64,000 bases of DNA. It comes from Alphaproteobacteria bacterium UBA830. GTDB lineage: Bacteria > Pseudomonadota > Alphaproteobacteria > MPNO01 > UBA830. The position numbers and the translations under genes are program-made. Numbering within the stretch: position 1 is the first letter of the stretch; each line of letters opens with the position of its first letter. Shown here in pieces: positions 9,009 through 17,624 of the stretch. The DNA lies in assembly GCA_905181725.1 (NCBI GenBank), contig CAJIYX010000005.1, positions 13,655 to 77,654 of the forward strand, written 5' to 3'. The notes beneath the pieces are model-generated. The model was not told where the DNA came from. It saw only the letters and a list, made by a program, of their open reading frames with translations, and ran no database searches.

Positions 9009-10148
9009 TCACAACGTTTTCAGAAACGCCACCAGGTCCGCTTTTTCGGCATCCGTCAAGTTCAGCGGGCGCAGCAGCTTTTCGCCATCCTGATGCGGGC
9101 GGTCTTCGGGGATTTCGGAATAGTGGTCCACCACGTCTTCAAGCGTCGCCTTGCTGCCGTCATGCATATAGGGCGCGGTCCTGGCGGCGTTGCGGAGGCT
9201 TGGCACACGGAACTCGCCCCAGTTCTTCGGGGTCAGCCGGACATGGCGGGTGAAGCCTGCCGTGGCGCGGAGCTTGTCGTCATTGAACGGGCCGAGCAGG
9301 TTGAAGCGGCTTTTTCGCAACTGCTGGATACCGCCGTAGCGCCCCTTGTCGACCCGGCCCGGCTCCGGGAAATGGGGGAGGCCGATATCGTGAAATTCGC
9401 CATTGGTGAAATTGGCACCGAAATGACAGAGATCGCAGCGGCCCTTGCCGACAAACAGTTTGAGGCCGCGCCTGGCGGCTTCCGGGTAGCCGGCGATGCC
9501 CGCCGGATCTTCTGCCGCGAGCCCGTCGCGGAACATATCGAACGACGATTTGCCTGAGACGATGGTTTCCTGAAACGCGGCGAGCGACTTGGCGACATTG
9601 ACCATGACGGTCTCCGCCTCATGGGCGGCGGGTGCCGCGCCGAAGATTTGCCGGTAGCCGTCGCTAAGCGTCTGCGTGGTTGCCAGCCGGGTTTTCAGGG
9701 TCGTGGGTGTCATGCCCAGTTCCCGCGCATCCAGGATCGGGGCGATGCTCTGTGCCCACAGGCTGTCCGATTTACCGTCCCGGCCGAACCACCGGTTCAG
9801 CCGCATGTTGAACAGCGCCGGGGTATTGCGGTCGACCCGGGTAAGGCCAATTCCGCGCATGATACCATCGGCAAACGCGAGATCTGCCTGATGGCAGGTC
9901 GCGCAACTCCGCTGCCGGTCGACGGACAGATCGTTGCTCTCAAACAGTGTCTTGCCATACGCGATGGCGGCAGGTTTGCCGGACACCCGGTTGCTCGGGT
10001 CCGCGTCGGTCTTCACCGGCCACGGGCCATGGGACACGATGAGCGCGGTTTCGTCATCGTCGAACGTCGTGGGGGCGGTCGCCGCACCGGTCAGCACAAT
10101 GGCCGCGCCTGCCAACAGGGCAGCGCACGCGGTCCGGGACAGTTTCAT
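9009..10148 (-). CDS. di-haem cytochrome c peroxidase (CCP/MauG family)
   Basis: 379 aa with a signal peptide and two CxxCH motifs (CATCH, CDLCH). CCP-family conservation around YMHDGS. Confidence 0.85.
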   Translation of the reverse strand: MKLSRTACAALLAGAAIVLTGAATAPTTFDDDETALIVSHGPWPVKTDADPSNRVSGKPAAIAYGKTLFESNDLSVDRQRSCATCHQADLAFADGIMRGIGLTRVDRNTPALFNMRLNRWFGRDGKSDSLWAQSIAPILDARELGMTPTTLKTRLATTQTLSDGYRQIFGAAPAAHEAETVMVNVAKSLAAFQETIVSGKSSFDMFRDGLAAEDPAGIAGYPEAARRGLKLFVGKGRCDLCHFGANFTNGEFHDIGLPHFPEPGRVDKGRYGGIQQLRKSRFNLLGPFNDDKLRATAGFTRHVRLTPKNWGEFRVPSLRNAARTAPYMHDGSKATLEDVVDHYSEIPEDRPHQDGEKLLRPLNLTDAEKADLVAFLKTL

Positions 10149-10570
10149 CGTTTGACGGAGATTTTCTGGTTCAGGCGCTGGCGTTTGTCGCCTTCATAGA
10201 CGTCGAACATGATCTGCCAGTGACCGGGCATGTGAAACACCATGCCGTCAAATGAGGAATGACCGGGCCCGATTTTGCGCTCGCTCGGTTGGTAATTCAT
10301 GCCGTGGCCGTGCATTGGCATGCCCGCATCGACGCGGATACGCGACGGCGCCATGTGTTTCTCGTCGTCGATACAGGCGACGACTTCGATACTGAACGGT
10401 TTGCCGACTTCGATCCGGGCGGGGTTTGTCTTGTAGGCGACGGCTGTGCCGCCGTCGTTAAGCTGGCCGGGAAGTGCCACCAGTGTGTCCCAGGGGCAAT
10501 GATCTGCAAGCGCCGGTCCGGCGGTGAGCAGAGCCGCGCAGAGAACGGGCCCGGGCAATAATCGACGCAT
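10145..10570 (-). CDS. periplasmic hypothetical protein (signal peptide, His/Met-rich; YtkA/FixH-like is a guess)
   Basis: 141 aa with a cleavable-looking signal ending ALA-DH. The ATGA overlap with the peroxidase gene and a start 3 nt after the upstream stop indicate an operon. Confidence 0.55.
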   Translation of the reverse strand: MRRLLPGPVLCAALLTAGPALADHCPWDTLVALPGQLNDGGTAVAYKTNPARIEVGKPFSIEVVACIDDEKHMAPSRIRVDAGMPMHGHGMNYQPSERKIGPGHSSFDGMVFHMPGHWQIMFDVYEGDKRQRLNQKISVKR

Positions 10571-10572
10571 AC

Positions 10573-11421
10573 CTAATCCTTTATCTGAAGTGCCCAGTTT
10601 GCCAGGGTTGTCGCGTTTTTCCAGTCGATCCGTTCTGCCAGGTCGCGCGGCAGAGATTTAAGCCAGGCCCGGATCCAGCTCGCATGGTCCTCGACGAAGT
10701 ACCAGCGTTCCGGCGTGTAGGTGTCGGTGCCGATCATGAATCGGTCGGAGAATTCGGCGAACAGTTGCGCCCATTCGGCATCCGCTTTGCCGCCGGCGCC
10801 GTGGCTGCTGCGGAACGCGAGGTCCGACCACAGACATTTGTGCTTGGCGAGCATGGGGAAAATGGGGTCGGGCTCAGCGAAACCGGAATGCGCCCACAGC
10901 ACGGTTGCGCCCGGCCATTGCTTGAAAATGCGGTCAACCGGATCGGCATCGGAATGGGCATGGAGGAATACTTTGTATTTCTTGGCGAACTGCACGACCT
11001 TGTGGAAAACCTCGCGATCGGCATCCTCAGCGAAAATATGAAACTCGCCGATCTCGGCATATCCGCCATTTTTAAGGCGGCTTTCTAGCAGTTCGATCAC
11101 CGTCGGGTCGCGGAACCAGATGCCAAGCTTGCCGCGTTTCCGATAGGGGCGCAGCACCGGCACGATTAGGTTAGACGCGGCGGCATAATGCACCTGCGTG
11201 CCCTAGTAGCTGGAACTGGAAACGAAGGCTTTCTTCAGCCCCGCGCGCCGCAGCACGGCGATCGCGTCTTTGGACGGTAGGTCGTCCCAGGCGTCATGGC
11301 TGTAATGCAGATGCGCATCCACCAGCGGCATGATATCCGCGGCTTGCGCAGGCACAGGGGAGGCCGCCGCCGAGATGGACAGGATGCCGGTGGCAAACAG
11401 GCTTTTGAGGACGTGTTTCAT
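10573..11421 (-). pseudogene. secreted amidohydrolase (TIM-barrel metal hydrolase) interrupted by one in-frame TAG
   Basis: ORFs 11203-11670 and 10573-11193 are in the same frame. The read is MKHVLKSLFATGILSISAAAS...PLVDAHLHYSHD...FVSSSSY-TAG(11203-11205)-GTQVHYAAAS...HAHSD...GTDTY. The signal peptide plus HxH metal motif lie upstream of the stop, and the rest of the barrel lies downstream. Confidence 0.7.
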
Positions 11422-11566
11422 AGCTGTATCCGTTCTACTCGGGTCCTCCCGGACCATCGATGGTCGGAACTTAGGGGGACGGGAGCGCTCGGTCCAGTGA
11501 CAGCCATCACGGCCGGCGTAATTGTCAGCCTTGTTGGGCGTAGTTTTAGCCCGTTGGGCGTAGCTG

Positions 11567-12727
11567 TCAGTTTGGGAGGCCGAGAACCCGTTTGGCGAGG
11601 ATATTGCGCTGAATCTCGCTGGATCCGCCATAAATCGTCGCGCGGCGGACCTGCAGGAACAGCGGGGCAATCTCGATCGGGCCGTCTTCAGTCATTACAC
11701 GACCGGTCAGGGCGGCATCCGTCCCTGCGGCATCCAGTAAAAGATCGGCGAGGCGTTGCAGTGTTTCGGTGCCAGTGATCTTCATGATCGATGCATCGAG
11801 CCCGAGGGAGCGTTCGGCATTGGCGATTTCTGCGGCATGGGCAAACATCGCGGCAAACCCCACCGTATCGATCTCGATTTCTGCCAGGCGTTCGCGAAAA
11901 TAGGGGTCGTCTAGGGCGCCGTTGGCCCGCGCAACTTTCTTGACGCGTTCCAGCGCATCGAACAGAAGCTGCGGATTGGCGGTGCCGAGCCGCTCATGCG
12001 CTAGCAGCGCGTTTGCGACCCGCCAGCCATCATGCAGGTCGCCGACCAGATTGGTCATCGGCACTCGCACGTCGTCCATGAAGACTTCGGCGAATTCGTC
12101 GTCGCCGGCGATTGTTTTGATCGGGCGGATATCGATCCCGGGGGTTTTCAGATCGATCAGCACGAAGCTGATGCCCGCCTGCTTACGCGGTGCGTCCGGG
12201 TCGCTGCGGACCAGGGCGAACATCCAGTCCGAATACTGGGCCCATGTGGTCCAGATTTTGGATCCGTTGATGATAAAATCGTCGCCGTCGATATCGGCGC
12301 GGGTGCGCAGACTGGCGAGATCCGATCCGGCGCCCGGTTCCGAATAGCCCTGGCACCAGGATTCATCTCCGGTCAGGATCGACGGCAGGAAACGTTCTTT
12401 CTGGGCGTCCGTGCCGAATGCCATCAGGATCGGGCCGACATGGTTGATACCCTGCGCAGAAATTTCGGGCGCGCCGGCACGGGCGAGTTCTTCTTTCAGG
12501 ATGATCTGCTGGTTGAGCGTCGCTTCCATACCGTTATGGCTTTTGGGCCAGGCAGGCGCGATCCAGCCTTTGCCGTACAGTTCGCGGTGCCACCATATGG
12601 CGCGGTCGAATGGGGGGCGCGTGGACCAGCCGCGCAGATCGTCGGGCAGGGTAGCGGCGATCCAGTCACGGATTTTTGCGCGGAAGGATTTTTCGTCGGG
12701 TGTGTCGGTGCGGAAGCTGATGGACAT
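11567..12727 (-). CDS. acyl-CoA dehydrogenase family protein
   Basis: 386 aa with typical ACAD layout (WCQGYSEPGAGSD, C-terminal IYGGSSEIQRNI). Confidence 0.9.
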   Translation of the reverse strand: MSISFRTDTPDEKSFRAKIRDWIAATLPDDLRGWSTRPPFDRAIWWHRELYGKGWIAPAWPKSHNGMEATLNQQIILKEELARAGAPEISAQGINHVGPILMAFGTDAQKERFLPSILTGDESWCQGYSEPGAGSDLASLRTRADIDGDDFIINGSKIWTTWAQYSDWMFALVRSDPDAPRKQAGISFVLIDLKTPGIDIRPIKTIAGDDEFAEVFMDDVRVPMTNLVGDLHDGWRVANALLAHERLGTANPQLLFDALERVKKVARANGALDDPYFRERLAEIEIDTVGFAAMFAHAAEIANAERSLGLDASIMKITGTETLQRLADLLLDAAGTDAALTGRVMTEDGPIEIAPLFLQVRRATIYGGSSEIQRNILAKRVLGLPN

Positions 12728-12788
12728 GGTAAAAACCTAGCGTATAACGCGAAGGGACGCCAAACATCAAAAACGGGAGGAATCCAGA

Positions 12789-13622
12789 ATGGCTTTACGG
12801 GAACACTACGAATGTGTCGTCGTCGAGATCGACGATGACGGCATCGCCTGGGCAACCTTTAACCGGCCCGAAAAACGCAACGCGATGAACCCGCAGCTTC
12901 ATTACGACATGGAGCATATCCTGATCGAGCTGGAAACCGAGCCGTCGGCAAAGGTGATCGTGCTGACCGGTGCCGGCAACAGCTGGAGCGCGGGCATGGA
13001 TTTGCGGGAATATTTCCGCGAAACCGACAACGATCCGGAAGCGCAGTACAAGTCGTTCATGGCGAACAAGCATTGGAGCTGGGATATCCTCAGCAATTCA
13101 CGCAAACCGACGATCGCCATGGTTAATGGCTATCTGTTTGGCGGGGCCTTCGTGCCGCTCGCCAATTGCGATCTGGTGGTGACCGATGAAGACGCTATCT
13201 ACGGGCTGTCGGAAATCAACTGGGGGATTATCCCGGGCGGTATTGTCTCGAAGGTGATCGTCGACAAGATGCCGTTCCGCAACGCCATGTTCTATTCGAT
13301 GACGGGGCGCACGTTCGATGGCAAAAAAGCTGTTGAAATGAATCTCGCCGATATCGCCGTGCCTGCCGACAAGCTGCGCGCGGAAACCATAGCCCTCGCC
13401 CGGGAGCTGATGGAAAAAAGCCCGGTCGCGCTGGCCTTTACCAAGCAGGCGTTGCGCGCCGTAGTCAACATGGATGTGCCGCAATCCTACGAATACCTGA
13501 TGACCAAGATCCAAGCATTGCAGTTCATGGACAAGGAAAAGACCCGTGCCCGCGGCATGGAGGAATTTCTCGACAACAAGACCTACCGGCCCGGTCTGGG
13601 CGCGGTCAAGCGCGAAGAGTAA
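12789..13622 (+). CDS. enoyl-CoA hydratase/lyase, hydroxycinnamoyl-CoA hydratase-lyase (HCHL)-like
   Basis: 277 aa of crotonase fold. NRPEKRNAM, GAGNSWSAGMDL, GLSEINWGIIPGG and the C-terminal FLDNKTYRPGLGAVKR closely recall the feruloyl-CoA hydratase/lyase subfamily (from memory, not searched). Confidence 0.8.
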   Translation: MALREHYECVVVEIDDDGIAWATFNRPEKRNAMNPQLHYDMEHILIELETEPSAKVIVLTGAGNSWSAGMDLREYFRETDNDPEAQYKSFMANKHWSWDILSNSRKPTIAMVNGYLFGGAFVPLANCDLVVTDEDAIYGLSEINWGIIPGGIVSKVIVDKMPFRNAMFYSMTGRTFDGKKAVEMNLADIAVPADKLRAETIALARELMEKSPVALAFTKQALRAVVNMDVPQSYEYLMTKIQALQFMDKEKTRARGMEEFLDNKTYRPGLGAVKREE

Positions 13623-13638
13623 GGGCGGCGTCTCTCAC

Positions 13639-13671
13639 AAAAAAAGGGCCGGTCATCAGACCGGCCCTTTG
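13639..13671. terminator. bidirectional rho-independent-type hairpin
   Basis: aaaaaaagggccggtc-atca-gaccggccctttg: a GC-rich 10-bp stem with an A-run on one side and a T-run on the other. It lies between convergent genes. Confidence 0.7.
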
Positions 13672-13705
13672 CGTATTCGCGGAGACGTATTAACGGAGAC
13701 GGGCG

Positions 13706-14418
13706 TCAGTTGACGTGCAGTTCCTCCGGCAGGAACATCATCGCATCCTGATCTTCGGCCACCGCGTTGTGGCATTCGTAGCAGAACTTGATCGACGATT
13801 TACCTTTGCCGTTGGTCGTGCCCACGGTCTGGCCGTTCGGTATGATCAGCGTTTACTGCTAGTCATGGGTGTTTCCGTTAAAGCCGGCAGTGCGCTTTTC
13901 CATCAGGAAGAGCGGGCCGACCGAAACCTGGCCCTTGCCGTTGACGGTGAAGCTGTTCTTCGCCGTCACAGCACCTGGCGTCATCTTGCCGGCATTTTCA
14001 TACTTGCCGTAATTGGACGCTTTCTCGTTGGCATAGTTCAGCACGTAGCGCTGGCCATGGGTTCCCGAGATATAGGGCTGCTTCGCGTAGTTCTTCCAGT
14101 TCAGGAAGATCTTTGCGTATTTGTTGCCCGACTTGGCATAGGTGGATTTCATTTCGCCTTTGAGGCAGTCATAGACCGCGTTGGCTTCTGCCGTGGTCAG
14201 CTCGGCCGGGGCTGCCGCCGCACCACAGGGTCCGCACCGCAGGGATTGCAGGGGTTCTTTGCAGCGCAGGGGTTTTTCGCAGCGCACGGATTGGCAGCGA
14301 TCTGGACGGTCGGTGTTGCGCCTGAATTGGCGGCAACGGGGGCCGACAGCACGCCGGCCGCCAGAATTTCTGCCGGTATCACGGCAGACGATAGAAACGA
14401 TGTTTTAAAGGGTTTCAT
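13706..14418 (-). pseudogene. cytochrome P460-like periplasmic haem protein, disrupted (1 frameshift, TAG and TAA)
   Basis: Signal peptide, then an NPCAAKNPCAAKNPCNPCG repeat (ORF 14197-14418). The frame shifts at a C-run near 14228-14232 into ORF 13859-14287. The sequence then reads ...NGNTHD-TAG(13859-61)-Q-TAA(13853-55)-TLIIPNGQTVGTTNGKGKSSIKFCYECHNAV...*. The C-terminal CxxCH therefore lies beyond the stops. Confidence 0.7.
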
Positions 14419-14633
14419 ACGGTTAGTCCCTTCCCTAAGAGGTTAGTGTTATGGGGGCGCTCAATGACTTGAAAATCGCCCCACGCTTAAATTAGACGCT
14501 TCACCCTACCTGAGTGGCCCGGCCGCTTCGCGTAACTTGCGATAAAGATTGCGTTACTCTTTTTATCGGTATTTTTTTCCGGCACGTCCCTGCCGGGTTC
14601 TCCTTTACGCCACTACCGAGCCCCCTCCTGCCG

Positions 14634-15344
14634 CTATCGGGCAAGGCGATAGCCGCCATACTCCGATAGCAGGATCTGCGGTTCGGACGGGTTTTCCTCG
14701 ATCTTCTGGCGCAGGCAGTAAATTTGGGTCTGCAGGGTATGCGTCATCGGCGCCGCCGAGTGATCCCATATGTCGGCATAGAGCGCTTCGCAGGTCACCG
14801 CGGTGTCGCCGGCCCAGTAGAGCTGTTTGAGGATCGCGTGCTCTTTATCGCTCAGGCTGATGTCTTTCCTGCCGTCATTGCGCTGAAGCGCTTTGATCGA
14901 CGAGCGAAACATGTAGGGCCCGACGCTAAAGGACGCGTCTTCGCTCATTTCGTGCTGGCGGATATGGGTGCGCAGCCGCGCCAGCAGCACGCCCAGCCGG
15001 AAAGGCTTTGTGACATAGTCATTGGCACCCTAATCCAGCCCGAGGACGGTATCCGCGTCGCCGTCGAGAGCTATCAGCATGATCACCGGCGCGTGAACGC
15101 CTTTTCGCCGCAGCAGACGGCAGACATCACGCCCGTCCATGTCGGGCAGGCCGACATCCAGCAGGATCGCATTGTAATTGTTCTTTTCGGCGCCAGCGAG
15201 GGCGGCGGCGCCTGTTCCGGCCTCCTCGACATCGAATTCCTCATAAAGCCGCAGTTGTTCCGCCAGCGTGCGGCGGAAACCCGTGTCGTCTTCGACTATT
15301 AGTATGTTTCGGTTTTGGCCGCCTGCCATGCCTGTGTTCTCCAT
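14634..15344 (-). pseudogene. OmpR-family response regulator interrupted by one in-frame TAG
   Basis: The receiver ORF (15030-15344; ILIVEDD, LLDVGLPDMDG) ends ...VLGLD-TAG(15030-32). The same frame continues GANDYVTKPFRLGVLLARL... into the winged-helix ORF 14634-14990. No histidine kinase is adjacent. Confidence 0.75.
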
Positions 15345-15451
15345 CGACTGGCGTAAAGGCTAGGACTCATCCGGTCAGATGGAAAATCACGAGGCTTCAC
15401 CTTTTGGCGATGTGACCCGGGTGCGGTGTAATACAATCCGAACACAAAAGC

Positions 15452-16330
15452 TCAGCGGGCGTTTACCCGCTTCAGAAAATCGATTGCGTCCGCGTTGAAA
15501 CGCTCGGCGAATTCGATGTTGGGGCAGTGGCCGCAATTCTCGTAAACGTGATGCTCGTTGTCGGGAATCCGCTCCGCCAGGCTGTTCGAATAGCCGGGCT
15601 CGCGCAGCGGATCATTGGCGCCCGCGATGATCAGCACCGGCACTTCCACGTTTTCATAAACCGTGTTGTCCGGAATACCGAAGCTCTGGTCGCCCGATTT
15701 TTCTTCCTTTTTCTCCTGCGGGGTCTTTTCAGGCGGGGGGCGCTTCAGGCGCGGTGCCGACGCGCATTCGAACGATCCCGGCAGCAGGGCGATTTCCTGG
15801 CGTTTTGCGATGTAGGCCTCATCGTCGCCCCATTTGGGATCTTCCAGCATGGCATGCAGCAATGCGCGCATGGCCTCAGGTGTCCCGTCATAGGCCAGCA
15901 GGGCCTTTCGCTCTTCAGTCAGCGGTGTGAAGCCGCCGCCGGAACACAGGATCGCGGACCGGATCGGCAGAATTGTCGGCGGGGCGGCGATGATGCGCGC
16001 CAGGTTCGATCCGCCCATTGAATTACCGATGAAATCAGCCTGGTCGATGCCCATGACTTCGTAGAAGCGTGACATGTGCCGGTAAACGCGGCTGCGCTGA
16101 TCGGCGAAGTCGTACACCTTGTCGGTGCGCCCGAAGCCGAGCCAGTCGGGGGCGACCACGTGGAAATGTTCGGCCAGCGCCGGGATGTTGAATTCCCAGC
16201 TGATTTCGGCACAGCCGCCGAACTCGCCCGAATGGAGCAGGGCGACGGTCGGCGCGTCTTTGTCCCCGGCTTCGAGGTAATGGGTGTTGATTCCGTCGAC
16301 CTCGACGAATAGCGATTGGATATCTGCCAT
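15452..16330 (-). CDS. alpha/beta hydrolase (meta-cleavage-product / C-C hydrolase-like)
   Basis: 292 aa with the GNSMGG nucleophile elbow. It is the last gene of a four-gene minus-strand operon. Confidence 0.8.
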   Translation of the reverse strand: MADIQSLFVEVDGINTHYLEAGDKDAPTVALLHSGEFGGCAEISWEFNIPALAEHFHVVAPDWLGFGRTDKVYDFADQRSRVYRHMSRFYEVMGIDQADFIGNSMGGSNLARIIAAPPTILPIRSAILCSGGGFTPLTEERKALLAYDGTPEAMRALLHAMLEDPKWGDDEAYIAKRQEIALLPGSFECASAPRLKRPPPEKTPQEKKEEKSGDQSFGIPDNTVYENVEVPVLIIAGANDPLREPGYSNSLAERIPDNEHHVYENCGHCPNIEFAERFNADAIDFLKRVNAR

Positions 16331-16333
16331 CTT

Positions 16334-17578
16334 TTACCTCACAAAATCGACCGAAAGGTCGGTGATCTCCGCGTGTTCCTGGTCCGGCATCGCTTTGCGC
16401 TTTTCCATGATCTCTTCGGGGTCCCAGGTGGCTGCCAGCTCGCGCAGCCGCGGATAGACCTCGTCGGCGTATAGCTGCATCGACCGCAGCGTATCGTCTT
16501 TCGGCAGATGACCGGCCTGACCCATCATCAGCATGTGGCCGAAGCCGCCGGAATATTCCCAAAACGCCTTGATCTGTTCATAGACCTGATCCGGTGTGCC
16601 GGCGAATACGTTGCCGCGGCGCATGTGCTCCTTCAGGTCCGTGCTGTAGGCAGCACCCGAGCCCGAAATATGCGCACCCTTCATGATGCCTGCGGCTACC
16701 TGCGGCGGATGATAGCCGGGCGGATTCTTCCACTGTTCCGTCACTTTGTTGGCCTGCATGTACCACATCAGCTCGTTCGCGCCCTTTTCGACGGCGCGTT
16801 CGTCGTCACCGACATAGACCAGCCCGCAATAGGCCAACCGGTCGAGCGGGGCGTGGGTGCCGTGATGTTTCAGATAGTTTTCGCGGTAGGCATCAAAGAC
16901 CGGCCGCACGCGTGAATACCCGGCTAGGAAGACCGCCGCGACATGGCCGTGCTTTGCCACCGGGTCGGTGCTGCTTGCACCGCCGGTCGTGATCCATACC
17001 GGGGGGTGCGGGTCTTGGTAGGGGCGCGGCCAGATATTGACCTGGCGGTGGTGGTAATACTTGCCTTCGAAATTGAACGGCCCGTCATGGGTGGTCCATG
17101 CCTTCATGATCAGGTCATGCGATTCCCACAGCCGCTCCGAGCCCTTATAGGGCAGCATGTTCGCCGCCGCCGCCTCATAGGGCACGCTACGCACAAAGCC
17201 GCATTCGAGCCGGCCCTTGGAGATCACATCGATCAGCGCCATTTCCTCGGCGACACGGACCGGCTGGTTCCGGTTCGGCAGCGGGTTGCCAAGGATCAGC
17301 AGGCGCGCGTCCTTCGTCTGACGTGCCAGAATACCGAGCATGATGGGTGCCGCCGGGATCATGCAGGTTGCCGTCTGGTGATGCTCGTTGACCATGATGT
17401 CGAGGCCCATTTCGTCGGCCGCACACCAGATATCAAGATACTCGTTATAAAGCCGGTGGGCGTTTTCCGGCTCGCAGAGCTGGTTCGGCAGATCGACGCG
17501 GATCGAGTCCCATTCATCCTGCGGCGGCAGGTCGGGGTAGCAGTCCTCGGTAAAAAACCAGGTCCTCATCGTCGTCAT
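16334..17578 (-). CDS. luciferase-like (LLM class) flavin-dependent monooxygenase, paralog 2
   Basis: ORF 16334-17665 trimmed to the ATG at 17576-17578, downstream of the preceding stop (17625). It is very similar to the upstream paralog, with long identical blocks such as HDGPFNFEGKYYHHRQVNIWPRPYQ. Confidence 0.8.
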   Translation of the reverse strand: MTTMRTWFFTEDCYPDLPPQDEWDSIRVDLPNQLCEPENAHRLYNEYLDIWCAADEMGLDIMVNEHHQTATCMIPAAPIMLGILARQTKDARLLILGNPLPNRNQPVRVAEEMALIDVISKGRLECGFVRSVPYEAAAANMLPYKGSERLWESHDLIMKAWTTHDGPFNFEGKYYHHRQVNIWPRPYQDPHPPVWITTGGASSTDPVAKHGHVAAVFLAGYSRVRPVFDAYRENYLKHHGTHAPLDRLAYCGLVYVGDDERAVEKGANELMWYMQANKVTEQWKNPPGYHPPQVAAGIMKGAHISGSGAAYSTDLKEHMRRGNVFAGTPDQVYEQIKAFWEYSGGFGHMLMMGQAGHLPKDDTLRSMQLYADEVYPRLRELAATWDPEEIMEKRKAMPDQEHAEITDLSVDFVR

Positions 17579-17624
17579 TAGCGCGATTCCGTTCGTTTGG
17601 TATATGCGTAAAAAGGAAGCTGGA

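Noticed and set aside
8320-11421. A possible phage-defence island around the Doc toxin.
   Set aside because: Beyond the two-gene toxin-antitoxin module, the neighbours are ordinary periplasmic redox and hydrolase genes. There are no nucleases, helicases, methylases, integrases or other defence hallmarks.
14419-14633. A 215-bp intergenic region between the P460-like gene and the regulator, checked for small RNA or tRNA.
   Set aside because: I could find no tRNA-like arms (no GGTTCGAATCC-type T-loop), no strong hairpin and no conserved RNA motif.
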